Position numbers and translations under genes: made by a program
Notes under the pieces: model-generated
Seen by the model: only the letters and a program-made list of their open reading frames with translations
What the model was told of the DNA's origin: nothing
Database searches by the model: none
Assembly: GCA_965219415.1 (NCBI GenBank)
Contig: OZ244742.1
Span: 480,001-544,000 of the forward strand
Direction of reading: 5' to 3'
DNA from: Candidatus Marinacidobacterales bacterium
Lineage (GTDB): Bacteria; Acidobacteriota; Vicinamibacteria; Marinacidobacterales; DATDRI01
DNA length: 64,000 nucleotides
Shown: positions 9,711 to 21,277 of the stretch, piece after piece
How the letters are laid out: the number at the start of each line of letters is the position of its first letter
Position numbering within the stretch: the stretch's first letter is position 1

Positions 9711-10769
9711 CTAGAAAAGGCTGACCTTGATCCGAAGGTATCTCTTTGGGTCCGCTCGGATGTCCTTGAGCAACCCCTGCAACTCTCCGGCCGTGCCATT
9801 CAAGTTGTCGTAGAGCTCGCGATCCTGAATGAGCTGGCCCAGGGTCCCGTCACCCTTTTCCACACGCGCGGTGATGCTGTCTAAGTTCCCGGACAGCGCG
9901 TTGAGACTGTCATAGAACTCCCGCTCCTTGATCAGCGCGCCGATTGACCCTTCTCCCTCGGCCAAGCGAGCGGTCACGGCGTCCAGTTGCCGAATCATTT
10001 TGCTCAGAGATGCCACGGTCTCCGAATCACTCACCAGCTTACCGAGGCCACCTTCGCCGTCCCGAATCTTGGTCGCGATATCGTTCAATCCTGACAAGAG
10101 TTCCCTCAGGTTGTTGTACACCTCGGGGTCGTTGATCAGCTTGCCCAAAGTACCTTCTCCGCTGTTCATTCGACCGAAGACCTCTTGCGCTCGAGTTACG
10201 AAATCCGAGAGCTTTTGATGAAACTCTTCACCTTTCAGGATCTTGCCCAACGATCCCCTACCCTCTTGAACGTCGGACATGAGATCTCGGACATCCTTCA
10301 TGGTTTGAGAAGCATCGGAGATGATTCCCTTAATCGGATCGCCGGCCTCTCCCTGCAGGACGCCTCCATCCGCAATCGGCTGACCACCAGGTGGCCCGGG
10401 GTCGATGTCCACCATTTTCTCTCCCAGGACTCCGAGGCTTCCTACACTGAGCTGTGAGTTACTAGTCACTCTGTCCTGTATGTCACCTCGTAGCTTGATA
10501 GTTACTTTGACCGGCCGAGGTGCGTCCGGCGACGCAAACGCGACTCGAGTCACCGAGCCCACTTCCACACCGGATAGGTGGACAGGTGCACCTGCCTTCA
10601 ACCCGTTCACATCGCCCAGATAGCTGTAGACCGTGTACTGCCCACCGAACAATGGCAGTCCGCCCTGACGCGTAACGTAGAGCGTCGTGAACAGGAAAAT
10701 ACCCAGCGCGATGAGAACTACGATGCCCACTCGTAACTGGGAATAAGTAATTGTCTTCTTCGTTGGCAT
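9711..10769 (-). CDS. mlaD: MlaD/MCE family lipid transport periplasmic protein
   Basis: N-terminal TM, GLKAGAPVHLSGVEVGSV, LGEKMVDI, helical GSLGKL repeats. Confidence 0.88.
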   Translation of the reverse strand: MPTKKTITYSQLRVGIVVLIALGIFLFTTLYVTRQGGLPLFGGQYTVYSYLGDVNGLKAGAPVHLSGVEVGSVTRVAFASPDAPRPVKVTIKLRGDIQDRVTSNSQLSVGSLGVLGEKMVDIDPGPPGGQPIADGGVLQGEAGDPIKGIISDASQTMKDVRDLMSDVQEGRGSLGKILKGEEFHQKLSDFVTRAQEVFGRMNSGEGTLGKLINDPEVYNNLRELLSGLNDIATKIRDGEGGLGKLVSDSETVASLSKMIRQLDAVTARLAEGEGSIGALIKEREFYDSLNALSGNLDSITARVEKGDGTLGQLIQDRELYDNLNGTAGELQGLLKDIRADPKRYLRIKVSLF

Positions 10770-10809
10770 GGCGTTTTCCTCCGCTCCTCGTGAGAGTTCC
10801 TGAAAAGGA

Positions 10810-11622
10810 TCAGGACAGAAATTTCCTTACGTAAGCATTCGGCGTTTCCCAGAGCTCCTTCTGTCGCCCTCGAAAAACAGCGCGTCCCTCATTGAGAACC
10901 ATGAACTGGGTGCCGACCAGCGCATCCAGATCGTCGATGTGGTTGTAAGCTACCTCGCCGTTCCGTATGAAGACGAACCCCTGAGCGATCTGAAACGCGT
11001 CCCGCAGCTGGTGCGTAACCAACACCGTCGTGACTCCTTCGAGATCTCGTAACTTGACAATGAGGTCGCAGATCGTGTCGGCGGTTATGGGGTCGAGCCC
11101 GGTGGTTGCCTCGTCGTAGAGAATTAACTCCGGTCGGTGTGCCACGGCTCGAGCCACCGCCACCCGGCGCCGCTGGCCACCCGAGAGCTCCGACGGCATG
11201 CGATCATAAAACTCGTCCAGTTCAACGAATCCGAGCATCGCACGGACTTTGTCCTCAAACTCTTCCTCCGCCAAATTTTCGTGCTCGCGGAACCGAAACC
11301 CGACGTTCTCCGCCACGGTAAGAGAATCGAACAGGGCTCCTTCTTGGAAAACCATCCCGATCTTGGAGCGTATCGCCATCAGGTCAGGTTCTTTCATGTC
11401 GGTGATCTCGATGCCGTCGATCTGGATCGAGCCCGATTCAGGCTTGATCAGGCCGAGGACCAGCTTGAGGATGGTCGACTTCCCGGAGCCGCTTCCCCCC
11501 AGGATAATCTCGGTGCCCGACGCGGGGACCTCGAAGGTGATGTCTTCGAGAGCGTATTCCTCCCCCTCCGGATAGGAGTAGTAGACGTTGCGAAAGGAAA
11601 TGACGGGGGCGGCTGGGCTCAC
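10810..11622 (-). CDS. mlaF: MlaF-type ABC ATPase
   Basis: GGSGSGKS, VFQEGALFDSLTV, LSGGQRRRV. Likely GTG start at 11622 overlaps the mlaE stop. Confidence 0.9.
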   Translation of the reverse strand: MSPAAPVISFRNVYYSYPEGEEYALEDITFEVPASGTEIILGGSGSGKSTILKLVLGLIKPESGSIQIDGIEITDMKEPDLMAIRSKIGMVFQEGALFDSLTVAENVGFRFREHENLAEEEFEDKVRAMLGFVELDEFYDRMPSELSGGQRRRVAVARAVAHRPELILYDEATTGLDPITADTICDLIVKLRDLEGVTTVLVTHQLRDAFQIAQGFVFIRNGEVAYNHIDDLDALVGTQFMVLNEGRAVFRGRQKELWETPNAYVRKFLS

Positions 11623-12404
11623 TAGTAAACGAAGTGAAGAATGAGTACGTTGAGGAAATAGTCCGAAGCTAGAATCAAGACCGAGGCCATCACCACCGAG
11701 CGTGTCGTCGAGATGCCCACTCCCTGCGTTCCACCGCGCGTGGAAAGTCCCAGATAGCATCCCACCGCCACAATGATGTAGCCGAAGACGAACGGTTTTA
11801 CCAGACCCATCGTTATGTCTTGAATTCGAATCGCATCGACGGCAGAGTGCCAATAGAACTCAGTGGGCAGTCGGAGCGTAAAGCGCGCTACCAAGTATCC
11901 CCCCAACATTCCGACCGCGTTCGACAGGATCGTCAAAATCGGAACCATCACCAGCCCGCTGACCATCCTCGGCGTAACCAGCTTGCGGATGGGATCGGTG
12001 CCCAGGGCACGCATCGCATCGATCTGTTGGGTCACGACCATCGAGCCCAGCTCCGCGGCCATGCCGGAGCCTACGCGGCCCGCCACCATCAGCGAGGTCA
12101 GCACTGGACCCAGCTCGCGAATCATCGAAAGCGACACCATCCGCCCCACGTAGGGTCGCGCACCAAAAGCGTCCAGAGTGGCGGCGCTTTGCACGGTAAG
12201 TACCATTCCGGTGAATAGTCCGGTAAGACAAACGATGGTCACCGAGCCAACCCCGATGACATCCATCATGTCTAAAGTGTCCTTCCAGTACCGAGGAGAA
12301 GAAAAAAGGTTTCGGAAGGCACGGAAAGAGAGGAGTGTGAACTCTTGGACGCCGAGAATCGTGCGTTTGAAGCGCTCGGAGGCGCCGCTAATTACTGCTT
12401 CCAT
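11622..12404 (-). CDS. mlaE: MlaE-type ABC permease
   Basis: [37 protein letters not shown]. Confidence 0.93.
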   Translation of the reverse strand: MEAVISGASERFKRTILGVQEFTLLSFRAFRNLFSSPRYWKDTLDMMDVIGVGSVTIVCLTGLFTGMVLTVQSAATLDAFGARPYVGRMVSLSMIRELGPVLTSLMVAGRVGSGMAAELGSMVVTQQIDAMRALGTDPIRKLVTPRMVSGLVMVPILTILSNAVGMLGGYLVARFTLRLPTEFYWHSAVDAIRIQDITMGLVKPFVFGYIIVAVGCYLGLSTRGGTQGVGISTTRSVVMASVLILASDYFLNVLILHFVY

Positions 12405-14446
12405 GGTTTCTCGGGCATCAAGTCATCAAACAGTTCGAGTTGGCGAAGCTCCTTGATCTTGTCACGGATCTCGGCTGCCTTCTCGAACTCGAGCTGCCGA
12501 GAGGCACGCTTCATTGCCTTGTTTAGCTTCTTTATTTCCCTCTCTAGCTCCTCGGCCGTCGCAAGATCCGGCCTCCCCTCGGCCACCGCGGGGATCGCGG
12601 GGTAGTCTTGCTCGTACACACTGCCCAAGACCTTACCGATGGACTTCACAATCGTTTCGGGCGTAATCCCGTGCTCACGGTTGTATTCCTGCTGGAGTTC
12701 GCGACGACGGCTGGTCTCGGACATAGCCCGGCGCATCGAGTCCGTGACCTTGTCCGCGTAGAGGATAGACGTACCGTTGACGTTTCGGGCGGCGCGGCCC
12801 ATCGTCTGAACGAGGGACCCTTCCGATCGGAGGAAGCCCTCTTTGTCGGCGTCCAGAATCGCAACCAACGAGACTTCCGGAAGGTCCAGGCCTTCGCGGA
12901 GCAGGTTGATTCCGATCAAGACGTCGAACTCTCCCAAACGTAGCTCGCGAAGGATTTTCACGCGTTCAAGAGTGTCGATATCGGAATGGAGATAGCGGCA
13001 ACGGACACCGAGCTCGGTGTAGTACTCACTTAGATCCTCGGCCATCCTCTTGGTGAGCGTCGTCACTAAGACTCGCTCCTTACGCGCCTCTCGTTCACGG
13101 ATCTCGTGGAGCAAATCGTCCACCTGCCCGCTGACCGGTCGGACTTCGACACGGGGATCCATGAGGCCAGTGGGACGAATGATTTGCTCGACAACCACGC
13201 CCTCGGTCTTCTCGAGCTGTTCGGCCGCTGGCGTCGCTGATACGAAAATCACCTGTCCCAAGCGTTCTTCAAATTCTCCAAAGTTGAGAGGTCGGTTGTC
13301 CATGGCAGACGGGAGTCGAAATCCGTAGTCCACCAACGTTCCCTTGCGCGAGCGGTCACCGTGATACATGCCGCGAAGTTGAGGGATCGTCTGATGACTC
13401 TCGTCAATGACGATAAGGACGTCCCGGGGAAAGTAATCCATCAACGTGGGCGGTGGTTGCCCTGGTTGTCGACCGGTGAGATGACGTGAGTAATTTTCGA
13501 TGCCGTGGCAATAGCCGACTTCCTGAAGCATCTCCAAATCGAAGAGCGTGCGCTGCGCTACTCGCTGCGCTTCTAGAAGCTTGCCCTCGGAGCGGAGCTG
13601 CGCGGTATGGGCATCGAGCTCTTCCCGGATCGTCTCGATGGCCCGCACCGTTCTTTCACGAGGCGTCACGTAGTGGGTCTTCGGATAGATGACGACTCTC
13701 TTCAGAGGCCCCAGAACCTTGCCGGTGAGGGGGTCGATCTGCGAGATAGACTCGACCTCGTCGCCGAAGAGCTCGATTCTGACGCCCGCATCCTCGGAGG
13801 CGGGAATGACCTCCACCACGTCACCTCGAACCCGAAAATTTCCACGCTTCAGATCGTAGTCGTTCCGCTCGTATTGAATCTCGACGAGCTTTCTGAGGAT
13901 CTTCGACCGGTCGACCGTCTCTCCCTGCTCCACGGCCAGGAGCATGCCGTAGAAAGCCTCGGGAGAACCCAGTCCGTAGACACAGGAAACACTGGCTACG
14001 ATCAACACGTCTGACCGCTCGAACAATGAGCGGGTTGCAGAAAGCCGCATGCGGTCGATCTCGTCGTTGATGGTCGCCTCTTTCTCGATATAGGTATCGG
14101 TCGTCGGGACGTAAGCCTCCGGCTGGTAATAGTCGTAGTAGCTGACAAAGTACTCGACCGCATTGTCAGGGAAAAACCCGCTGAATTCTTGGTAGAGTTG
14201 CGCCGCCAGGGTCTTGTTGTGGGCTATCACCAGGGCGGGTCGGTTTACCATCTCGATGACCTTGGCGATGCTGAAGGTCTTGCCAGAGCCGGTGACCCCC
14301 AAGAGGACTTGGTAGGGGTCTCCGCGGTTCAGTCCGGTGACCAGCTCCTCGATGGCGCGCGGTTGATCACCTTTGGCCTCGAACTCCGAGACCAGACGAA
14401 AATCGCCGGGCTTCGCTTTTGGTACCGTCCGGGATACCGACATCAT
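12392..14446 (-). CDS. uvrB: Excinuclease ABC subunit B
   Basis: [39 protein letters not shown]-terminal UVR domain (FEKAAEIRD). Confidence 0.98.
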   Translation of the reverse strand: MMSVSRTVPKAKPGDFRLVSEFEAKGDQPRAIEELVTGLNRGDPYQVLLGVTGSGKTFSIAKVIEMVNRPALVIAHNKTLAAQLYQEFSGFFPDNAVEYFVSYYDYYQPEAYVPTTDTYIEKEATINDEIDRMRLSATRSLFERSDVLIVASVSCVYGLGSPEAFYGMLLAVEQGETVDRSKILRKLVEIQYERNDYDLKRGNFRVRGDVVEVIPASEDAGVRIELFGDEVESISQIDPLTGKVLGPLKRVVIYPKTHYVTPRERTVRAIETIREELDAHTAQLRSEGKLLEAQRVAQRTLFDLEMLQEVGYCHGIENYSRHLTGRQPGQPPPTLMDYFPRDVLIVIDESHQTIPQLRGMYHGDRSRKGTLVDYGFRLPSAMDNRPLNFGEFEERLGQVIFVSATPAAEQLEKTEGVVVEQIIRPTGLMDPRVEVRPVSGQVDDLLHEIREREARKERVLVTTLTKRMAEDLSEYYTELGVRCRYLHSDIDTLERVKILRELRLGEFDVLIGINLLREGLDLPEVSLVAILDADKEGFLRSEGSLVQTMGRAARNVNGTSILYADKVTDSMRRAMSETSRRRELQQEYNREHGITPETIVKSIGKVLGSVYEQDYPAIPAVAEGRPDLATAEELEREIKKLNKAMKRASRQLEFEKAAEIRDKIKELRQLELFDDLMPEKPWKQ

Positions 14447-14453
14447 CAATTGT

Positions 14454-15840
14454 GGGTCTACGCGGATTCGTGTGGGTTGAAAACTGCATTACTGGGTAAT
14501 GGCGGAAGGAAAGCCGCCACGATCTTCAGCTTGAGATATTCCTCGTCGCGATAGCCGTAGGCGCGTCGTTGCAGAACACGGATTTTGTTGTTGACCCCTT
14601 CAACTAGGCCGAGACTGACTTTGTTCTCCGGATGACAGTAGGAGGCGATACCATCCCAATGGGACTCAATCATACCGGCGAACTTCTGGTACGGATGCAG
14701 GCGTTGCCATTTGAGGCTGTCTTTCCAACGGGTGAAAAAGGCGCGAGCGCCGCGTTCGGTGCGGTAATCCCAGAGTTGCCCGAAGGCCTCCTTCAAAATA
14801 TAGGCGGTGTTCAGGCGCCGGTTGGCCTGGAGCAACTTTTTGAGTGCGCGGCGACCGTCTAGGCTCAGGTTCTCCCGCCGGGAAAGCAAAGTGTAACGCT
14901 GCCCCTTGATGTACGACCGGTCCTTGCCGCTGAGGCGTTTGTACTCACCGCGCCGGACCTCATCGAGGGCCTTTGACAGATGACGCATGATATGAAACTT
15001 GTCGAAGATGATCCGCGCATTAGGCGCGTTGTGAATCACCGAGTTCCGGAAGGGCTTCCACATATCCATGGCGGCCAGCTTGATACGGGCGCTTTTCTTT
15101 CCGCCCGGCGCCTTGAAGAACAAATCGATGTCGGTTTCTTTGCGACCCTTACCGCCCACCCAGATGGGACGCGCCCGCTCCAGGTCGCTGACAATGACGC
15201 GATAGTTATGTCCCTTGCGGATGGAGATCTCATCGACACCGATGGCCCGAGGCGCCGGTAGCCCCGCCCCGGTTCGACCTACTCTTGCATGTAGAGCGTA
15301 TCCAGAGCCTTCACCGTACCGTGGTGCAGACGTTCCATCTCGGCCACCGCCTTGTTCGGCATATCCCGGCACAGCTTGCCCACATGGCGTCGCAAAACGC
15401 TGGGTGTAGCGCGAGTTGTTCGCCAGCCAGTCTAGGTGTTCTACATGCACACCGCCGCACCCAGAACAGTTGACGCGCCAACGCTCGTATTCCAGATAGA
15501 TCCGCCAGCCTGCCAACGACAGGTCGCGGACCCGGCACACTTGCTTGTCATAGCGCCCCCGGCACCGTTGCCCACAGTAAGAGCACACAGCTGTTTTTTT
15601 CGCCTCTTGAGCTGGATGACACGGGCGTATCGGTCACCGAATAGACCCTTCAATCCGGCACCAACCACGAAACCTGGCAGCGCAAACAGCGAGCGGATCG
15701 ACTGGGAATTTTTCACTCGGTTAGCCTATCCTAAAAATGGACCACTTTTCAGCACCTGATGAAGTACTCGATACCTTTTCCACACAATGAGTTACACTGT
15801 TTTTCCGTCAGAACTTACCCACACGAATCCGCGTAAACCC
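14454..15840 (-). mobile_element. ISL3-family insertion sequence
   Basis: 24-bp terminal IRs GGGT(C/T)TACGCGGATTCGTGTGGGT; 8-bp TSD TCAATTGT at 14446-14453 and 15841-15848. Confidence 0.95.
14458..15716 (-). pseudogene. ISL3 transposase, degenerate
   Basis: Zn finger, IGVDEISIRKGH, AMDMW, FDKFH, EGVNNKIR. Frameshift at the A run near 15595, further frameshifts at about 15270-15390 and a TAG (LYMQE*VE) in the expected frame. Confidence 0.85.
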
Positions 15841-15873
15841 TCAATTGTTAGTTGATCCGCTGAACAATCCCGC

Positions 15874-15902
15874 AAGTTAGCACGCGCCGATCGGGGGGTC
15901 AA
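15874..15902 (-). promoter_or_regulatory. Probable native sigma70 promoter of uvrB
   Basis: TTGACC-N17-TAACTT with extended -10 TG, pointing at uvrB across the ISL3. Confidence 0.6.
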
Positions 15903-16011
15903 CTTCTGGAGACAATGCACTTGCCCCGTAGCAGGAGGGCGTTCGGGAGAAAGAATGGCGCCGGCCGATGGGACCGGAGAACCTGTCGCGGTGGACGTCG
16001 ACTAGGAGGGA

Positions 16012-16362
16012 TTAGCCGGGCAAGGCTCCGCCCTTCTTCTTGTTGTACTGGCGGTACTCGTAGCTGCGGACTTCCCCTTCCGTCAGCTCCATTCCCTTAT
16101 CGTGGGGAAACATGTGAACCGCATCGTAGTCGGGCGGGCAAAATTTTTCACAAAGCTGGCAGCCGATGCACGTTTCCACGTTCACATCGCAGATCTCCCC
16201 GATGGCTCCGGGCTCCGGATCAGGAACCAGAGTGATGCAATCCAATACCGGACAAACGTTGATACAGAACTCGCATCCCCGCCCAAAGCATTTCCCTTTG
16301 TCGACATAGGCCAGCAACTTGGGTTGTTTCTTGCGGGGCCCGGTGATCAAAACGTCCTGCAT
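16012..16362 (-). CDS. 2x[4Fe-4S] ferredoxin-like protein
   Basis: CFGRGCEFCINVCP and CIGCQLCEKFCP. Confidence 0.85.
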   Translation of the reverse strand: MQDVLITGPRKKQPKLLAYVDKGKCFGRGCEFCINVCPVLDCITLVPDPEPGAIGEICDVNVETCIGCQLCEKFCPPDYDAVHMFPHDKGMELTEGEVRSYEYRQYNKKKGGALPG

Positions 16363-16414
16363 CAGCTAACCTCCTGGGATCACCGTTGATTATAACGGCA
16401 AGACTCCCGGACCG

Positions 16415-17410
16415 CTACCAAACGACTACTGCCGATCCCCACGTAAACCCTGAGCCGAAGGCGGCCAGCATCACTCGACTACCTTCCCGAATGCGCCCCT
16501 CTTGTACCGCCTCGTGGAGAGCTATCGGGATGGATGCCGCGGTCGTGTTGCCATAACGCTGGATGTTGCAGAAGAACTTCTCCATCGGCACTTCCATGGC
16601 CAAGGCTACTGCCTCTAGGATTCGGAGATTCGCCTGGTGCAGAACGAACAGGTCGACGTCCTCGAGCTCCAGACCCGCCGAGCTCAGCGCTTCCCGAATC
16701 GCCTCCGGGAATCTTCTAACCGCGTGCTTGAAGACCGCTCGCCCTTCCATTTTAGGATAGTGCCTTCCATCGCGCAGCATTTGGGCGTCGATTCGGGGCC
16801 GGTAGCGACTACCCGGCACCTCCAACCATAGCTTGGAGGCATACTGGCCCTCCGCGTGAAGATGTACGGACTGTACGCCCTCCGCGCCTTCGCTTCCAGA
16901 CGATCCCAGCACCACCGCCCCCGCCCCGTCGCCGAAGAGCACTGCCAGTTCTCTGCCTGCGGTGCTGAAATCGAGGCCGGTTGAATGCACCTCTGCCCCC
17001 ACCAGCAAAATATGTCGATAGGTCCCGGCTCGAATGAAAGAGTCGGCCACCGCCAGGCCATAGATAAAACCAGAACACTGATTCCTGACGTCGAGTGCGC
17101 CGATGGGACCCACGCCGAGCTTCTCCTGGAGCAGCACCGCCGAGCCAGGAAAATTGTAGTCCGGCGACAACGTGGCGAAAACGATGAAATCGAGGTCGTT
17201 AGGGTCGATTCCAGCTCCTTCGATGGCCTGACGCGAGGCCACCAGCGCCAGGTCGGAGACTCCGATGCCCGACTCTACGTATCGCCGTTCGTAGATGCCG
17301 GTTCTCTCGCGGATCCACGAATCGGAAGTATCCATGAGGGCGGTCAGCTCCTCGTTGGGTACGACACGCTCGGGTACGTGCATCCCGATACCGAGGATCC
17401 TTGTTCTCAT
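16415..17410 (-). CDS. fabH: 3-oxoacyl-ACP synthase III
   Basis: WIRERTGI, QCSGF, FGDGAGA, HQANLRI, YGNTTAAS. Confidence 0.95.
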   Translation of the reverse strand: MRTRILGIGMHVPERVVPNEELTALMDTSDSWIRERTGIYERRYVESGIGVSDLALVASRQAIEGAGIDPNDLDFIVFATLSPDYNFPGSAVLLQEKLGVGPIGALDVRNQCSGFIYGLAVADSFIRAGTYRHILLVGAEVHSTGLDFSTAGRELAVLFGDGAGAVVLGSSGSEGAEGVQSVHLHAEGQYASKLWLEVPGSRYRPRIDAQMLRDGRHYPKMEGRAVFKHAVRRFPEAIREALSSAGLELEDVDLFVLHQANLRILEAVALAMEVPMEKFFCNIQRYGNTTAASIPIALHEAVQEGRIREGSRVMLAAFGSGFTWGSAVVVW

Positions 17411-17581
17411 CGACAGCGGATCTTAACCCCGTTTCGTAATTCTTTCCTCCGTCGCGGTCCAATGAGGGTCTCTGGACCGCGCAGACGCCGCTTCTGGCGC
17501 CAACGGGCGCGGGTTGCCACTCATCAGCGTCGGCTAACGCCGCTCGCGCCGCCTAGACAAAGCCGTTATACTCAACTGTTC

Positions 17582-18790
17582 ATGGCGGAGAGCAAGATTT
17601 TTCAAAAGGGCCTGGGCTTGAAGTCCCAGGTGAGGGCCCCTCTCCAGAAGGACTACAAGGGCTGGATAGTCGACCTCGCCCGCGCCAACGACTTCCGTTT
17701 ACGAGCCGGCGATTTGACCATTCGCCTCGCCAAGGAGTTCGGCTTTTGCTATGGCGTGGATCGCGCCGTGGAATACGCCTACGAGGCCCGCTCCCGTTTC
17801 CCCGACCGTAAGATCTACATAACTGGGGAGATCATCCACAATCCGTACGTGAACCGCCGGCTCGAAGACATGGGCATCCGCTTCTTGGATGGACCCTACG
17901 GAACTCCTGAAAAGTTCGAGCCCGTGGCGGAGGACGATGTGGTCCTACTACCCGCCTTCGGTGTCAGCACGACGGAGATGGACATTCTCAAGGAACATGG
18001 CTGCATCCTGGTAGACACGACGTGCGGCTCCGTCTTGAACGTCTGGAAGAATGTCGAACGATATGCTCGGAGCGGCTTCACCTCGATCGTCCACGGCAAG
18101 TATTGGCACGAAGAGACGAGGGCGACGGTATCACGCGCTTCTTGTTTCCCCGGAGGCCACTATCTCGTGGTGCGGGATATGGACGAAGCGTACGAGCTGT
18201 GTCGGTATATCGAGCAAGGAGGGAATGCGGCCAACTTCCTCGAGAATTTCGCCTCGGCGTGCTCATCCGATTTCAACCCGGATCGCGACCTGCAGAGGAT
18301 CGGATTAGCCAATCAAACAACCATGCTCAGCACCGAATCCCTTGCTATTGAGGAGGAGCTTCGCAAGTCGATGGCTCGCCGCTACGGCGAGTCGGAGCTG
18401 ACGGAACGCTTCCGCTCCTTCGACACTATTTGCAGCGCGACCCAAGAGCGCCAGGACGCGGTCATGGAGCTAATGCGAGATAAGGTCGACCTGATGCTGG
18501 TACTGGGTGGTTACAACAGCAGTAATACGACTCACCTCGCCGAGATCTCCTCCCAGCACTCCGCCACCTACCACATCTCCGACTCGACGTGCCTGGTTTC
18601 CCCTGCCGAGATTCGCCACAAGCCGGTTGATGAACTCGAGGAAGTTGTGGCGCGCGACTGGTTGGCCAATGGGCGATTGACGATTGGCATTACTGCGGGT
18701 GCCTCCACACCCGATGTCAAGATCGACGAGTCCATCGAGCGCCTCATCTCTTTCCGCGGTCTCGCACTTTCAGAACTCAAACCCGCCTAG
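17582..18790 (+). CDS. ispH: 4-hydroxy-3-methylbut-2-enyl diphosphate reductase
   Basis: FGFCYGVDRA, IIHNP, VDTTC, NQTT, DTICSATQERQ, SSNT, TAGASTP. Start reassigned to MAESK. Confidence 0.95.
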   Translation: MAESKIFQKGLGLKSQVRAPLQKDYKGWIVDLARANDFRLRAGDLTIRLAKEFGFCYGVDRAVEYAYEARSRFPDRKIYITGEIIHNPYVNRRLEDMGIRFLDGPYGTPEKFEPVAEDDVVLLPAFGVSTTEMDILKEHGCILVDTTCGSVLNVWKNVERYARSGFTSIVHGKYWHEETRATVSRASCFPGGHYLVVRDMDEAYELCRYIEQGGNAANFLENFASACSSDFNPDRDLQRIGLANQTTMLSTESLAIEEELRKSMARRYGESELTERFRSFDTICSATQERQDAVMELMRDKVDLMLVLGGYNSSNTTHLAEISSQHSATYHISDSTCLVSPAEIRHKPVDELEEVVARDWLANGRLTIGITAGASTPDVKIDESIERLISFRGLALSELKPA

Positions 18791-18801
18791 CGACCCCATG
18801 G

Positions 18802-18817
18802 CTTACCGATCGGTAAG
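18802..18817. promoter_or_regulatory. Perfect 16-bp palindrome, candidate operator upstream of the E1/acyl-CoA dehydrogenase genes
   Basis: CTTACCGATCGGTAAG; TATAAT at 18861-18866. Confidence 0.35.
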
Positions 18818-19087
18818 GCACGGCAGATCTTCCCCTAGCAATCCGGCGCACCGATTCATATATAATGTTCCTGGGAATGGGAGAATACTCGAGCTGCCCG
18901 TTCCATCGCTTCGCGCGGTTTTCTACTAGCTGTTCTTCGCACCGGCCAGCAAGGGGACTTCCCCTCTCGACAGCGGCCAGAAAAGATGTCGGCCGCAAAC
19001 CCGAGAGAGTCGGTGTTGAACGTTGGGAGAGTTGCCGATTCCTCCACCTTGGAAACGGCGCGAGAATGTTTTTGAGAGGGGGGATCG

Positions 19088-21253
19088 ATGGATAGTGGCA
19101 TGAGCCCGCAGCTGGAACCAGCCAACGCGCTCGATGCACAGCAATCCGAATCACAACGGAGGGCTCGCTACCACGGCCTCGACCGGGAGTCACTCCTCAA
19201 CGCCTTTCGACTCATGCTGCTGTCACGCGTGATCGACGACAAGGAGATTCAGCTCAAGCGCCAGAACAAAATTTTCTTCCAGATAAACAGCGTCGGCCAT
19301 GAGGCGGTGCTGGTGGCCGCCGGCCTCTTGCTCAAACCCAGCTACGACTGGTTTTACCCCTACTACCGTGATCGCGCACTCACGCTCACCCTAGGCACCA
19401 CACCCTTCGAACAGTTACTCGCTTCGGTAGGAGCCGCGGCGGATCCCTCGTCCGGTGGCCGCCAAATGCCATCTCATTGGGGCCACTCCAACCTCAACAT
19501 CGTCAACCAATCGAGTCCCACCGGCACCCAATTCCTCCACGCCGTGGGCGCGGCCAAGGCAGGCCAGTACCTCTCAGCGGTGAATGAGATCGCAGAGCTG
19601 AAAGATACGTTCCACGGTGACGAGATCGTCTACGTTTCGGGAGGCGATGGAGCAACGAGTGAAGGCGAGTTTTGGGAGTCGATTAACAACGCCAGCCTCA
19701 ACAAGCTGCCGGTACTCTTTCTCATCGAAGATAACGGCTACGCGATCTCGGTGCCGGTTGAGGCGCAGACTCCAGGCGGTAACATCTCGCGGTTGCTAAC
19801 AAACTTCCCCGATATGTTCGTTACAGAGTTCGATGGCTGCAATCTGGTCGAGAGCTATGCACGGCTAAAGGATGCGGTCACCTATTTGCGGGCCGGTCAC
19901 GGTCCGGCGGTGGCTCACGCGCATGTGATTCGGCCTTACTCACACTCCCTTTCAGATGACGAACGTCTTTACAGAACGGAGGAGGACCGAGCGACGGACG
20001 CCGAGCGTGAACCCATCGCGAAGATGCACGAGTTTCTCATACAAGAGACGTTGGCGACCGAGGAAGAGCTGGGGGCGATGAAGGCATCCGTAGAGCGAGA
20101 AGTGAACGAGGCTGCCGACCAGGCCCTGCAAATGCCTACCGCAAGCCCCGACAACCTTCACGTTCATCTCTACAGCCCCGACGTCGATCCAACCACGAGT
20201 GAATTCGATACCCAGCCGGTACTTTCCGGGAACGAAGGAACAACCGTTGATCTTCTAAATGCGTGCTTGAGAGACGAGATGGAGCGAGACCCCAGGATCG
20301 TGATCTACGGCGAGGACGTTGCCGACGCGACCCGCGAGGATGCGCTCGACGTCGTCAAGGGCAAGGGCGGCGTCTTCAAGGTCACGTTCGGTCTACAGAG
20401 ACGTTTCGGTAGTCATCGTGTCTACAACAGTCCCTTGGCGGAAGCCAGCATCGTGGGTACAGCCATTGGGATGGCCAACCGCGGCTTGAAGCCGGTCGTC
20501 GAGATCCAGTTCTTCGACTATATCTGGCCCGCGTTCATGCAGATCAGGAGCGAACTTTCTACCACTCGTTGGCGCTCGAACGGCGCCTTCGCCTGTCCAA
20601 TCGTCATTCGAGTTCCAACCGGTGGTTATCTTACGGGAGGTGCGATCTACCATAGCCAGTCCGGTGAAGTGCTCTTCACCCACCAACCCGGACTCCGCGT
20701 CGTGATGCCCTCGACCGCCCTCGATGCCAATGGCTTGCTGCGCACCGCCATTCGCAACGACGATCCGGTCATCTTTCTCGAGCACAAGCACCTGTATCGT
20801 CAGACCTACAACAAGAGCCAGTATCCTGGCCCCGATTACATGATTCCGTTCGGTAAGGCGAAAACAGTACAGGACGGCTCGGATATTACTGTCGTCACCT
20901 ATGGAGCGTTGGTGCAACGCACGGTCTTGGCGGCCAGAAAACTTCGAGAGAAGGGCGTGTCGGTGGAGATACTTGACCTCCGGTCCTTGTCGCCTTACGA
21001 CTGGGAAGCCATCGCAGACTCAGTCAAGAAGACGAGCCGGGTCCTCGTCGCTTATGAAGACACACGCTCCTTCGGTTATGGAGCGGAGATCGCCTCCAGG
21101 ATCTCGGATGAGCTCTTCGATTGGCTGGATGCCCCGGTTCGCCGCGTAGGTGCCAAGGATCTGTGGGTGCCCTATCACCCGCAGCTCGAGCAGGCCATGC
21201 TCCCTCAAACGCATGACATCCTGGACGCCATGGAAGAGCTTGCAAAGTACTAG
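19088..21253 (+). CDS. 2-oxoacid dehydrogenase E1, fused alpha/beta (probably branched-chain)
   Basis: [16 protein letters not shown]...NN TPP motif, [17 protein letters not shown]. Confidence 0.93.
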   Translation: MDSGMSPQLEPANALDAQQSESQRRARYHGLDRESLLNAFRLMLLSRVIDDKEIQLKRQNKIFFQINSVGHEAVLVAAGLLLKPSYDWFYPYYRDRALTLTLGTTPFEQLLASVGAAADPSSGGRQMPSHWGHSNLNIVNQSSPTGTQFLHAVGAAKAGQYLSAVNEIAELKDTFHGDEIVYVSGGDGATSEGEFWESINNASLNKLPVLFLIEDNGYAISVPVEAQTPGGNISRLLTNFPDMFVTEFDGCNLVESYARLKDAVTYLRAGHGPAVAHAHVIRPYSHSLSDDERLYRTEEDRATDAEREPIAKMHEFLIQETLATEEELGAMKASVEREVNEAADQALQMPTASPDNLHVHLYSPDVDPTTSEFDTQPVLSGNEGTTVDLLNACLRDEMERDPRIVIYGEDVADATREDALDVVKGKGGVFKVTFGLQRRFGSHRVYNSPLAEASIVGTAIGMANRGLKPVVEIQFFDYIWPAFMQIRSELSTTRWRSNGAFACPIVIRVPTGGYLTGGAIYHSQSGEVLFTHQPGLRVVMPSTALDANGLLRTAIRNDDPVIFLEHKHLYRQTYNKSQYPGPDYMIPFGKAKTVQDGSDITVVTYGALVQRTVLAARKLREKGVSVEILDLRSLSPYDWEAIADSVKKTSRVLVAYEDTRSFGYGAEIASRISDELFDWLDAPVRRVGAKDLWVPYHPQLEQAMLPQTHDILDAMEELAKY

Positions 21254-21277
21254 TTTTCCTTGCCATCCAAAGTCGCC

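Noticed and set aside
10810-11853. Long N-terminal extension on mlaF
   Set aside because: Overlaps mlaE out of frame; GTG at 11622 gives a normal ATPase.
16985-17581. Apparent 200-aa N-terminal fusion on IspH
   Set aside because: Mostly antisense to fabH; a plausible start is the ATG at 17582.
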